A stretch of DNA of 64,000 bases. Origin: Macrostomum lignano. Taxonomy: Eukaryota. Positions within the stretch are counted from its first letter, which is position 1; each line of letters opens with the position of its first letter. Shown here piece after piece: positions 46,413-59,660 of the stretch. A program made the translations under genes and the position numbers. Location of the stretch: contig NIVC01001446.1 in NCBI GenBank assembly GCA_002269645.1, positions 186,001 through 250,000 of the forward strand, in the 5' to 3' direction. The notes beneath the pieces were generated by a model. It worked only from the letters and a program-made list of their open reading frames with translations. It was not told the DNA's origin and made no database searches.

Positions 46413-46889
46413 TAGTACGGGTCAAATATCCGTATAAACCGTTATAAGAGGTTGCAGCTCACAATCCATGAGCTTTCCAACCGCTGAATGGCTGTTTGTT
46501 TCAATTATTTACAATTTCTTTAAACCACTGATTCTAATCTATTATAGCCTCCTAAGCATGGCCAGAGAAGATTTTAAAGAGAAAGGATCACGCGAGAATT
46601 GTTTTCGGTGCAGAAAGAAATAATGTACGTTCGTCCTAGCGCTAGATAATGTACATAGGCAAGATAGTTCAGCCACTGATAGCGAGTCAAGACAATAAGG
46701 ATAAAAGTGGGTAGAGAATTGACTGGACAGAAAGAATAGGAATTTGTTTAAGGGTTTAGGGTCCAAGCTAGTTGAACCTCTGATTGCGAGTCTAGACTGA
46801 ATTATAATAGCCAATAGGAACTGGTTAAGGGTAAGAGTTTGCACTAAATAGCGATTTTGGGCAATAAAATCGGGGTTGGCCACAAAGTT

Positions 46890-47780
46890 CAAACAGCCAA
46901 TAGGAATTGGTTAGGGGTAGAGCAGTGACTGCGGTATGAAATTCTAACAGCCAATAGGAATTGGTTAGGGGTAGAGTAGTGACTGTGGTATGGAATTCAA
47001 ACAGCCAATAGGAATTGGTTAGGGGTAGAGTAGTGACTGCGGTATGGAATTCAAGCAGCCAATAGGAATTGGTTAGGGGTAGAGCAGTGACTGCGGTATA
47101 GAATTCAAACAGCCAATAGGAATTGGTTAGGGGTAGAGCAGTGACTGCGGTATAGAATTCAAACAGCCAATAGGAATTGGTTAGGGGTAGAGCAGTGACT
47201 GCGGCATAGAATTCAAGCAGCCAATATGAATTGGTTAGGGGTAGAGCAGTGACTGCGGCATAGAATTCAAGCAGCCAATGGGAATTGGTTAGGGGTAGAG
47301 TAGTGACTGCGGTATGGAATTCAAACAGCCAATAGGAATTGGTTAGGGGTAGAGCAGTGACTGCGGCATAGAATTTAAGCAGCCAATGGGAATTGGTTAG
47401 GGGTAGAGTAGTGACTGCGGTATGGAATTCAAACAGCCAATAGGAATTGGTTAGGGGTAGAGCAGTGACTGCGGCATAGAATTCAAGCAGCCAATATGAA
47501 TTGGTTAGGGGTAGAGCAGTGACTGCGGCATAGAATTCAAGCAGCCAATGGGAATTGGTTAGGGGTAGAGTAGTGACTGCGGTATGGAATTCAAACAGCC
47601 AATAGGAATTGGTTAGGGGTAGAGCAGTGACTGCGGCATAGAATTTAAGCAGCCAATGGGAATTGGTTAGGGGTAGAGCAGTGACTGCGGCATAGAATTT
47701 AAGCAGCCAATGGGAATTGGTTAGGGGTAGAGTAGTGACTGCGGTATGGAATTCAAACAGCCAATAGGAATTGGTTAGGG
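46890..47780. repeat. 54-mer array (~16 copies) with inverted CCAAT pair, upstream of IARS2
   Basis: unit AACAGCCAATAGGAATTGGTTAGGGGTAGAGCAGTGACTGCGGTATGGAATTCA; period 54 measured at 46894/46948/47002. Confidence 0.96.
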
Positions 47781-49345
47781 GGGAATAAGTATAGGACGAC
47801 CTTTACTAGAAAGGCTAGACCACTATATAAATTCCAAGGAAAGATAAAATTTAAATTATTCGAAAAAGTACAAAGCCAAAACACAAAACATTGATATTGC
47901 TTCGCTTACTAAACAAGCAATCATTAGCGCGGATAATTAGCTGATCAATAATTATGGTTAATTATAAATTTTATTAGTCCTTTAACATGGTATCAATAAA
48001 CGCGTTAAAACTGTTAACAAAACGAGTGTGCACTAGAGGGCAAGTTGAAAAGTATTATAAAAGAGACTAGAACAGATTACAGCTGCGCAAATGATTAAAA
48101 CAAAATCAACAAAAAACTGTCTGGAGTGCATAAACTGTAAGATAAATTGGAAACACAAAGAGATACGAGGGAATATATTGGATAATTGCATAGGGCCATC
48201 ACACTAATTTACTGCTGTTAAAACTATAAAACAGATTTTGCAAGGACAACTGCAGATGTAGTGGCTACATTGCAATCAATAAACGGCAAAGCAAACTTAA
48301 AAACAGATGCTAAAGAACGACTTTTCAAATGGTTATGTTATTTTTAATAGTTAGAAAGCAAGCCGAAAACGCTCTAAAAGCTTGATTTTATACGCTTTTA
48401 ATATTGTTGCGACTTCGAGATAACGCAAAAGTGCAAAATTTCAACAATATTTAGTAATAAAAATGTGAGGACATTATAAAAAATGCGACTAGATTCTAGA
48501 AATGTCTTCGCACTACAATCTATTTGACTGATAAGGAGAAGCAAGCAAAACAAAAGGTTTGCTAATTAATATTATGCAGATAAAGCCTGTGAGATTTATT
48601 ATAAGGAGGAATGGAAATACAGAGTATAAAAGGTGCCACATCTCTACGAGCGTACTTGCAGTAGTGTAGGCGCGCTGAATAAAGAATGTTGAACAAAGTT
48701 TGACAAAGGTAAACTATCAAAATAAATTTTGTCAAAGAATTGTAGAAAACCTGATGGACAAACTTTGTCAAACTTTGTTAAATATCACAAAAATATCATC
48801 ACAGACTTTTAATGTCGTAGACAAAACAAAATTTATTATTAAAAATTCGAAACTTGTGAAACTAAACAGTCTTAATTATTAATAGCCATACAGCTTTAAA
48901 CTCCCTCAATCTGTGCCTACCCCAAGGGGGTTAGATAGCTAGTTTGCCATACTATTTTTATACGCTAATTTAAGGATTAAAAATCATTTTATTCTACTAA
49001 CAGTAGCGCTAAATGAATCGAAAAACACTTTACCAATAGAAACTACTAAATAAAATTTCCGCCTTTGTTGTTATTCCTGTTGCATAGATAATTAAACGGG
49101 AACTGCACACACACGTAAGTGAGTAGATGAGTTGAGTAAGACTTTGACTGAATTAATGCCTAAGACGCTACATAATAATAAAAAAACGCGACACAAACGA
49201 ACACTAAATTATTCGCTTGACTTATAATAATAAGATTAATAACACAAGTAGAGCCTTCAGTTTAGTATTTCATTAGAGAACATTGAAAATCTCTCGAAAT
49301 CCCATCTTCTATTTCTGTTCCAGACATGCCTGCAGGTGGGCGACA

Positions 49346-52300
49346 TTATAGGTCGGCGAACGGGTCAAAACCGGCGTTCGGATTCTTGCTGGCGACTGGG
49401 GCGGCGACTGGGGCGGCGGCTGGGGCGGCGGGCTGGAGAGGGTTGGCGACGAGGGGTTTTGTGGTGAACTCCGTTAGTTATGGCTGAGTTATCTGACAAG
49501 CGAGGACTCGAATTATATGTGGTAGCGACCCAGAATCATCCAAAATAAGCAGTTTTTTTATAATGATGATGTAAAAATTAATGTCAGAAATATCAACAAA
49601 TCTGTAGTCATATTGCCAAAGAAAATCAACCAGAGTAAATTAAAAAATGAGTCATTGGTTGATGCAGAAAATGAGTCAGACTGATGCAGAAAATGAGTCA
49701 TACTGATGCAGAAAATGAGGCATGCCAATTGCAGAAAATGAGTCACGTGAGTCATACTGATGCAGAAAATGAGGAATGCCAATTGCAGAAAATGAATCAC
49801 GTGAGTCATACTGATGCAGAAAATGAGTCATGTGAGTCATGCTGATTGCAGAAAATGAGTCACGTGAGTCATACTGATGCAGAAAATGAGGCATGCCAAT
49901 TGCAGAAAATGAGTCACGTGAGTCATACTGATGCAGAAAATGAGTCATGTGAGTCATACTGATGCAGAAAATGAGGCATGCCAATTGCAGAAAATGAGTC
50001 ACGTGAGTCATACTGATGCAGAAAATGAGTCATATTGACCTAAAAAATGAGTAAGACGTACCCAAAAAGATCCAGATTGACTCAGCAGATAGGTCAGGAC
50101 GCAAAAGAAAAGGACACGGTACACTAATATATTAGACAATGATAAGACACATCTGCTTAACACACCTGAGCAGTGGAGTTGCCACTGGCGGCCGCAGGCC
50201 CGGGCTTAGCAGCGGCAGACTGCTTCACAGTTAGACTGGTGGCCAGACTGGCCAGACTGGCGTCCAAGTCGGAGGTCAGGCCGCCCAGACTGGCGAACGG
50301 ATCGAAGCCGCCACCAGCTGTGGCCGAGGCTGCAATATTTAGAAATTGCGGCGCATTTTTAGGAAATAAAATCGTAAATATTACACGTAAATTGATTTCA
50401 ACTGCACTTCTTATAAGTAGTACGTGTAGAAGTATATGCTGCACAAAAGCGCAGTTTTAGAAGCGCTGATAATAAATTGCTGTTTTTGGCAGGTGCTTAG
50501 GGGAGGGGTTGGGCAGGTGCTTTGGGGAGGGGTTGGGCAGGTGCTTAGGGGAGGGGTTGGGCAGGTGCTTTGGGGAGGGTTGGGCAGGTGCTTAGGGGAG
50601 GGGTTGGGCAGGTGCTTTGGGGAGGGTTGGGCAGGTGCTTAGGGGAGGGGTTGGGCAGGTGCTTTGGGGAGGGTTGGGCAGGTGCTTTGGGGAGGGTTGG
50701 GCAGGTGCTTAGGGGAGGGGTTGGGCAGGTGCTTTGGGGAGGGGTTGGGCAGGTGCTTAGGGAGGGGTTGGGCAGGTGCTTTGGGGAGGGGTTGGGCAGG
50801 TGCTTTGGGGAGGGGTTGGGCAGGTGCTTAGGGGAGGGGTTGGGCAGGTGCTTTGGGGAGGGGTTGGGCAGGTGCTTAGGGGAGGGGTTGGGCAGGTGCT
50901 TAGGGGAGGGGTTGGGCAGGTGCTTAGGGAGGGGTTGGGCAGGTGCTTTGGGGAGGGGTTGGGCAGGTGCTTAGGGGAGGGGTTGGGCAGGTGCTTTGGG
51001 GAGGGGTTGGGCAGGTGCTTAGGGGAGGGGTTGAACAGGTGCTTAGGGTTGGGCAGGTGCTTAGGGGAGGGGTTGGGCAGGTGCTTTGGGGAGGGGTTGG
51101 GCAGGTGCTTTGGGGAGGGTTGGGCAGGTGCTTAGGGGAGGGGTTGGGCAGGTGCTTAGGGGGAGGGGTTGGGCAGGTGCTCAGGGGAGGGTATGCAGGA
51201 GACTGTAAAAAACGACAGCACAGATTAGTTTAAGCCACGGAAAAGTGAGCTGGCATTAACAATAGATTGTCGACACGAGAAAAATGGCAAAAGCCTTTAA
51301 GGGCTCAAATCTCAGCGCTTCGAACGATGAAAAGCGATGGGGTTAGGGATTGGGATTTCGGAAATCCAAGTAAAAATCTGTGCGCGTGATCAATGAGAAG
51401 CAAAGCCAGCTGAAACTTTACACTACCGCCTTGTTCGGCTTTCTGAATGAAATGAAAAACAGAACAGCGATTTGACACTCAGCTCTAAGAGTTGCTAGCC
51501 AAATTAGGCCAGGAGGCTGAGTGCAAAGGTACCGGGATCGGATTTTGACGCAAATCCACTGCTCGTTAAGTACGAGCCTTTAAGAGCGGAGCTGCTGCTG
51601 AATACAGAGAGAACAAGCAAAAAAGCAAGCCGGGATTCATGAAACACCCCACAGCTACTCATGAAACACCCCACAGCTACTCATGAAACACCCCACAGCT
51701 ACTCATGAAACACCCCACAGCTACTCATGAAACACCCTACAGCTACTCATGAAACACCCTACAGCTACTCATGAAACACCCCACAGCTACTCATGAAACA
51801 CCCCACAGCTACTCATGAAACACCCCACAGCTACTCATGAAACACCCCACAGCTACTCATGAAACACCCTACAGCTACTCATGAAACACCCCACAGCTAC
51901 TCATGAAACACCCCACAGCTACTCATGAAACACCCCACAGCTACTCATGAAACACCCCACAGCTACTCATGAAACACCCCACAGCTACTCATGAAACACC
52001 CCACAGCTACTCATGAAACACCCCACAGCTACTCATGAAACACCCCACAGCTACTCATGAAACACCCCACAGCTACTCATGAAACACCCTATAGCTACTC
52101 ATGAAACACCCTACAGCTACTCATGAAACACCCCACAGCTACTCATGAAACACCCCACAGCTACTCATGAAACACCCCACAGCTACTCATGAAACACCCC
52201 ACAGCTACTCATGAAACACCCCACAGCTACTCATGAAACACCCCACAGCTACTCATGAAACACCCCACAGCTACTCATGAAACACCCCACAGCTACTCAT

Positions 52301-55300
52301 GAAACACCCTACAGCTACTCATGAAACACCCCACAGCTACTCATGAAACACCCCACAGCTACTCATGAAACACCCCACAGCTACTCATGAAACACCCCAC
52401 AGCTACTCATGAAACACCCTATAGCTACTCATGAAACACCCTACAGCTACTCATGAAACACCCCACAGCTACTCATGAAACACCCTACAGCTACTCATGA
52501 AACACCCCACAGCTACTCATGAAACACCCCACAGCTACTCATGAAACACCCCACAGCTACTCATGAAACACCCTACAGCTACTCATGAAACACCCCACAG
52601 CTACTCATGAAACACTAATTACCACAGTATTCTGTGCTATTTACTACTCAGGACACACACAGGAAGCAGTGGCAATGACAGCGAAGGGGATAAATGGCGG
52701 TCTGGGTTAAACAAAAGCACAACAGGGCAAATTATATGTTAATAAAGGTGAGCAAACGGGTGCGGAAACAGGTAACTCCACGCCGGAAATGAGGTCTCCT
52801 GTTTGAGCATACTAAAACACAAGCCGATAGCGAACTGCTATACTTTAATTAACTTTACCCCAGCAGCTGCTGGTTTCTGCTGCTGCTGCTGCTGAGCAGC
52901 ATTATTCGAAGCGGCAGTCTGGCTGACCATAAACTCGGCAAGAATGTCTGCAAAAACAGGCAGTCAACAACATATTGGCGAGAGACCGATCAGGTCAATA
53001 TTATTCTTACTATCAGTAGACTACAAAGTGACAATCTAAAGCACAAAAAAGTAAAGAAGGAATCTAATACGGCCACAAATAACTGAAAGCTTATAAATAT
53101 ATGCGATTATAGGAATGTTTATTAATACCATCCGTCACACTGACCGTTTCCTCCGGCTGGCTGTTGGACGGCGGGGGCGGCGGCGGCCTCTGCGACTGGC
53201 TCCGACTGAGGCGGCGACTGCTGCTGCTGCTGCTGCTGCTGAGAACCACCTGAAAGTTGCAGCAAATTAATAAGTGAGAAGTTAATTGAATCGTGATAGT
53301 GGGCCTTGGTCTGGCGCGGCGCTCTGATGTGCCTGCGGCCCAGGCTCGATTCCCAGTGCAGTCACGTTCATTTAGGGCTAAATTGGAATCTCGGCTTGGC
53401 TCTGCTCGTGCAATTAACGCTATTGAGGGCCAACCCCCAAGGCACAGTGAAGTGTACCTGCCTAACGATAAATAAAGTTAGGGCCGCTGTACACTCCTGT
53501 GTGAGTGTGTGCCTGTGTGTATGACTCCGTACGTATCCGCGCGCTTGTGTGCCTGCTCTTATCCCATCTTGTGTGCCTGCTCTTGTGTGCCTGCTCTTAT
53601 CCCATCTTGTGTGCCTGCTCTTGTGTGCCTGCTCTTATCCCATCTTATCCCGCTTGTGTGCTTCTTATCCCATCATGTACAATTCTTATCCCATCATGTA
53701 CAATTCTTATCCCATCCTGTACAATTCTTATCCCATCCTGTACAATTCTTATCCCATCCTGTACTATTCTTATCCCATCCTGTACAATTCTTATCCAATC
53801 CTGTACAATTCTTATCCCATCCTGTACAATTCTTATCCCATCCTGTACAATTCTTATCCCATCCTGTAAAATTCTTATCCCATCCTGTACAATTCTTATC
53901 CCATCCTGTACAATTCTTATCCCATCCTGTACAATTATTATTCCATCCTGTACTATTCTTATCCCATCCTGTACAATTCTTATCCAATCCTGTACAATTC
54001 TTATCCCATCCTGTACAATTCTTATCCCATCCTGTACAATTCTTATCCCATCCTGTAAAATTCTTATCCCATCCTGTACTATTCTTATCCCATCCTGTAC
54101 AATTCTTATCCAATCCTGTACAATTCTTATCCCATCCTGTATAATTCTTATCCCATCCTGTACAATTCTTATCCCATCCTGTACAATTCTTATCCCATCC
54201 TGTACAATTATTATTCCATCCTGTACAATTCTTATCCCATCCTGTACAATTCTTATCCCATCCTGTACAATTCTTATCCCATCCTGTACAATTCTTATCC
54301 CATCCTGTACAATTATTATTCCATCCTGTAGAATTTTCCATCCTGTACAATTTTTATCCCATCCTGTACAATTCTTATCCAATCCTGTACAATTATTATT
54401 CCATTCTGTACAATTATTATTCCATCCTGTACAATTCTTATCCCATCCTGTACAATTATTATTCCATCCTGTACAATTATTATTCCATCCTGTACAATTC
54501 TTATCCCATCCTGTACAATTCTTATCCCATCCTGTACAATTATTATTCCATCCTGTACAATTATTATTCCATCCTGTACAATTCTTATCCAATCCTGTAC
54601 AATTATTATTCCAACCTGTACAATTCTTATCCAATCGTGTACAATTCTTATCCCATCCTGTACAATTCTTATCCAATCCTGTACAATTCTTATCCAATCC
54701 TGTACAATTATTATTCCAACCTGTACAATTCTTATCCAATCGTGTACAATTCTTATCCCATCCTGTACAATTCTTATCCAATCCTGTACAATTTTTATCC
54801 AATCCTGTACAATTCTTATCCCATCCGGATCCAACGGCACTCACCGCCAGCGGCTCCAATTTTCGGCGGCTCCGGCTTCGGCGGCGGCGGCCTTGACGGT
54901 CCCGGAGGTCGGGGCGGCGGCGGCCCGGCGGGCGGCCCGTCAGCAGGCGACGAGGCCGGCCTAGCGGGCGGCTGCCTTGAGGCGGCAGCGGCGGCCGGCG
55001 GGGCCTCCTGGACTGGCGGCTCCGGCTCGCGGGGCGGCGGCTCATAGGTGCGACCCTCCAGCTGGGCCAGGTGGGTCTCCATAGCGTCCAGGAAAGACAC
55101 CGGGTGCTTCTGCAGTCTGGTAATGTCCGATTTGTCAACGCCGACGCATTCGGCCACTTTGTTGAATTCGTTGAGCAGATCACTGCGCACAAGAAATTTC
55201 TTGTAGATTTCCAAAGCCTCTCGACACTGCTTCTTGCTTGTGGTGCTGAAGAACTTGGTTAGCAGGTTAATGATGCCGTCATTGAATACCACAAACAGGC

Positions 55301-58300
55301 GAGTGGCGTCACGGTACAGGATGAGGCAAGCTGCGCTAATAACTCCGTTGGTGACGTCCTTTGGAGTGACTTCGAAGGCTAGCAGCGAGTCGAATTGATT
55401 GATGAGCACCTCAAGTGATTTGATGCTCTTCTCCACAGTCAGGGTTCTGAGTAGGCTGTCGTCTGTGCCGCGCTTCACCTGCGGCAGGGTGGGTCAATTG
55501 GTAGACATGATTAGTTTATAAGTAGATCTGTAGCTAATTCAGGTAGATTAGTAGCTAATTCAGATAGATGAGTAGCTAATTCAGGTAGGTTAGTAGCTAA
55601 TTCAGGTAGATTAGTAGCTAATTCAGGTAGATTAGTAGCTAATTCAGGTAGATTAGTAGCTAATTCAGATAGATGAGTAGCTAATTCAGATAGATTAGTA
55701 GCTAATTAAGGTAGATCGGTAGGTAGATCTGAAGCTAATTCAGGTAGATCTGTAGCTAACTCAGGAAGATTAGTAGCTAATTCAGGTAGATCTGTGGCTA
55801 ATTCAGGTAGATCGGTAGATAGATTTGTAGCTAATTCAGGTAGATCGGTAGGTACATCTGTGGCTAATCCAGGTAGATCGGCAGTAGGTTTGTAGCTAAT
55901 TCAGGTAGATCTGTGGCTAATTCAGGTAGATCTGTAGCTAATTCAGGTAGATCTGTAGCTAATTCAGGCAGATTAGTAGCTAATTAAGGTAGATTAGTAG
56001 CTAATTCAGGTAGATCGGTAGGCAGATCTGTGGCTAATTCAGGTAGATCGGTAGGCAGATCTGTGGCTAATTCAGATAGATCGGTAGGCAGATCTGTGGC
56101 TAATTCAGGTAGATCGGTAGGCAGATCTGTGGCTAATTCAGGTAGATCGGTAGGCAGATCTGTGGCTAATTCAGGTAGATCGGTAGGCAGATCTGTGGCT
56201 AATTAAGGTAGATCGATAGGCAGATCTGTGGCTAATTCAGGTAGATCGGTAGGCAGATCTGTGGCTAATTAAGGTAGATCGGTAGGTAGACCTGTAGCTA
56301 ATTCAGGCAGATGCCCAAGCTCTGCAGCCTAGACAGATTTTTTACTGCGAACCCAAACACAAATTTAAACCCACTCAGCCTTTAGAGAGCAAACCTTGCA
56401 AAAGTCGAACGCCATCAGGCGGTAGGCGGTGGCCTTCTCCTGGATGTAGGCGCTGTAGCGGACAATAAATCTCGACATCTCGGCAGCCTGAGGCGTGGTC
56501 CGGTCCGAGTAGTTCGGTGATGATATGGCGCAGTTATTGGAGGCCAGGTACTGGGCGAATCTCTCGTTGCCGTGGTTCATTAAATTGTGCAGAGTAATCA
56601 ACGATTTGAATACTACAACCCAGTTGGGATGCTTCAGACGATCCAGCAGCTCGTTGGCGAGCTCCGGGATGCTGACGTTGCTCTCATTAGTGCACTCGAT
56701 TAGGTCTGGTCGAAATTTGTACAAAGATAAGTTTAAGATTTGGCTGATTTGCCATTGTTTGTGTAACTTGCATAAATCTTATGAGGCATGCCTCTGTCTC
56801 CTATAAGTAAATATATTTGTTTAAAGTATACAAATGATTGAAAATAAATGTATTTACTAGTGTTGGTTATTAATTATAGGCTATTATAAGGCTTTAGGTG
56901 GCACAAAACTGCCAAAGCACAGAGGTAAAATGGAATTCCAATCCCAATCCTGCTTAATCCAAAAATTTGCTTGTATGATCCTGTCCAACTTGCACTAAGG
57001 TGATATTACTATTTACCATTGGGGAAATGCAAAAAGAACACACCATTATTCTTCAAGACAATTAACTCAGTTGATGTTCTTATGTCTTATAGGAGACATT
57101 GTCATAAAAGCAGGGCTCTAAGGCATTATAGATGTTATATTGCAGCCAAGCAACTATGGGGTATTTTTATAAGCAGATATTTAGTAGAAAATAATGCTAA
57201 CATAGCTTAGTACAATGTGGGAAGAAAAGAAAATAAATGAGAAGATAGAAAGAAAAGCTGTCAATGATATAAAAACATTATAAACATAGATTTAGAGGTA
57301 TATTGGATATTTGATCTAACTAAAAACCTAATTTTTCAGATTAATATAATAAAATTATGCATATCATACATTCTAGTAGTTATACAATAAATATATAATC
57401 TAAAACAATCATTATTAGGCGTACGCTATTAAGCATAGGGAAAATATAATGATCCTATGATATATTAATATATAACTTAATTCTTTTTACTAAATTTATT
57501 TTAAGCAAATGTAGAATAAATTGAAGTAATTTGAAAGGTTTCAAATATACATTTTTATTTAAGATTAGGTGCTTGATGCATTCAATGTATAATTTTTTTG
57601 GCACAATTAGAATAAAATATATAATTCTTTGTTAATCTAACTCATACATGTGCAACCCCCCTGATTTACACTGGCCAAGGGACTTACTTTTTAACAAAAA
57701 TATGACTTACCTATGAAAGAAACATTAAAGAAAAAATTATTGCAATTTTGGATAAATAGCAAGAATAACTATCTTATAAAGCTAAATGCCTTATCATCTA
57801 ATTAGTACTATATCTGTATTCTTTTAGATGGGCATTTTTGTGACTTATATTGGCTGGGTTGGCTAGGTGTTATATATATATAATAGATTACATATAGATC
57901 ATATAAAAACTTGCAGAAAATGTATATTCATTGTCCCCCAAAAAATTATTCTAGCAAATGATATAATATATATTATTTTCCTGATTATGGATTACCCTTT
58001 GTCCTTTTATGGTCTTGGCTTAAAAAGCTAATTCTTCTCTAAGTTTCTTATTGTCTCTATTATGTTTCCCTTCTTTCATTTATCTTTTTATCATGCCTCA
58101 TGATCATATTCTAATATAGTATTAAAAAACTTATTTTTCAAACTAAGATTGCTTAGTCTAACCTTAAAAGTAAGATTTTGTATTGTTTTACTAATATTAA
58201 TAAAGGCAGTGTTTATACATATAGTACAATAAGAATAATTTCTGTCATTCCTATAGTACCATGGGAATAATTTGTCTTACCTACATAGCCCACTGACAAT

Positions 58301-59629
58301 ATAGCTATCTTATGTTCCTATAGATACCATAGGGAATAATTAATGTTTTATCTGCATGGCACAATGACAAAATAAGTCTAGCTTTTTTTCTTACAGATAC
58401 CATAAAAATAATTTATATTTTGTTACGTACAGTTTAATTGCAGTATAAAATCATAACTTCCTTTAAATATTTGTTTTATAGAAGTAAAAAAATAATAGAC
58501 ATATAGAACATAGGGTGGCTATCTTGCCAGTATATTATATGGATAAGCAGAAAATTATTCCTATGGTCCACAGTTTGGAAGGCAACATGTACACTAGGAT
58601 TTATCAATATACAACACTACTTGCCATTTTTAGCATACATCAGCATATATCTAGCATACATGACAGAGTAGAAAATTTTGGCTTAAATAAAGTGACTTTA
58701 CATAAGATACACTAGATGCAATAATGCCAATACCAAAACAACTAGAATAAAAAAGCTCAAACTTTGTGCCTTAAAAAACTTATTTTATGAACTTTTTGTA
58801 AATAAAAAGTAGTGAAAGTATTTCTTTTATTATTGTTTTCTTTTCTCAGTGAACATCGCAAAAGTGCATCATTTTTAAGTTTGTTGCTCAAATTGCTATG
58901 AATAATGAACAATGAATTTATTTCAAATGGAGCAAAATGAAAACATTTTAGTCTTGGCATACAAACAAGGTCCTGTATTTTTTCCCCTACTAGACCCAGT
59001 ATACACAATCTAAACTACAGCCCACAGTACTATAGGAATAAGACAAATTATTCCTATGGTACCATAGGGATAAGCACTGCCAATAATTATATATAGCCAT
59101 AGGCCTAATAAAAACATTAACTCTTTAAAAATATATATATTAAAAGAAAAGTAGTTAAGCCTAGTTAAAAAACCAATAAGTCTAATATTAAGGACTTTGT
59201 GTTAGTATTCATTTAAAATAATAGACAGAGTATTGTTAGGGGGGCCTAATATCAATAGTCAATTATCATATATAGTGCAAGGTCTAGGCCTAACACCTAA
59301 TCTTTTAACTTACATATATAGAATACATATGGAACCAGAAGTAAAAAATTAACTAAAATACGAATAAAGTCTCAGCCAGGCAGTAGAATTAAGAAAGCTT
59401 AATAAGCCTCATAATAAAGAAATAAAATGCTAACCATCTACATGTCAAAGACAAACAACTTACACTGTAAGTGTTTCTTCTTTGGGGCCGTGATTTCTTC
59501 TGTGGTTGCTTTGCAAACGGCTTTTGCAAGTCCTGATCCAGCAAGAGAGTGTTTTGCAGCAGTAACCCGATCCATAAGGCTTTGCCCGCTACCACTGCCA
59601 GCTAACTGCTTAACAACCTTCCCAGCCAT
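49346..59629 (-). CDS. PICALM: ANTH-domain clathrin adaptor, PICALM/AP180 (lap/unc-11) family, at least 6 exons, ~488 aa
   Basis: Exons 59629-59464, 56705-56395, 55478-54845, 53249-53145, 50329-50166, 49432-49346 in phase; [86 protein letters not shown], terminal FDPFADL. Confidence 0.92.
49640..50035. repeat. Compound array (GATGCAGAAAATGAGTCATACT, GAGTCACGTGAGTCA), PICALM last intron
   Basis: direct periodicity. Confidence 0.92.
50487..51190. repeat. 24-mer G-rich array (GGGCAGGTGCTTAGGGGAGGGGTT), PICALM intron 4
   Basis: direct periodicity. Confidence 0.97.
51640..52615. repeat. 22-mer array (ATGAAACACCCCACAGCTACTC), very homogeneous, PICALM intron 4
   Basis: direct periodicity. Confidence 0.98.
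52859..52947 (-). CDS. Candidate alternative exon of PICALM/AP180 ([30 protein letters not shown])
   Basis: tttttgcag acceptor, open phase-1 entry, CAG tract like exon 4, gtaaag donor; exits in phase 0, so it needs a further exon. Confidence 0.4.
53298..53562 (+). mobile_element. tRNA-derived SINE, family A, copy 2, antisense within PICALM intron 3
   Basis: gcgcggcgctctgatg, ggcccaggctcgattcc, ttggaatctcggcttggctctgctcgtg, gccgctgtacactcctgtgtgagtg and cgtacgtatccgcgcgcttgtgtgc are shared with copy 1. Confidence 0.85.
53560..54825. repeat. 21-mer array (CTTATCCCATCCTGTACAATT) fused to the SINE, PICALM intron 3
   Basis: direct periodicity. Confidence 0.97.
55500..56310. repeat. 21/33-mer array (TAGCTAATTCAGGTAGATCTG), PICALM intron 2
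   Basis: direct periodicity. Confidence 0.95.
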
Positions 59630-59660
59630 TGAGAATGCCTAAAATTTACTTTATAAATTT
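59630..59660 (-). other. 3' splice acceptor 9 nt upstream of the PICALM ATG (5'UTR intron or SL trans-splice site)
   Basis: minus strand aaattttag|GCATTCTCA-ATG. Confidence 0.45.
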
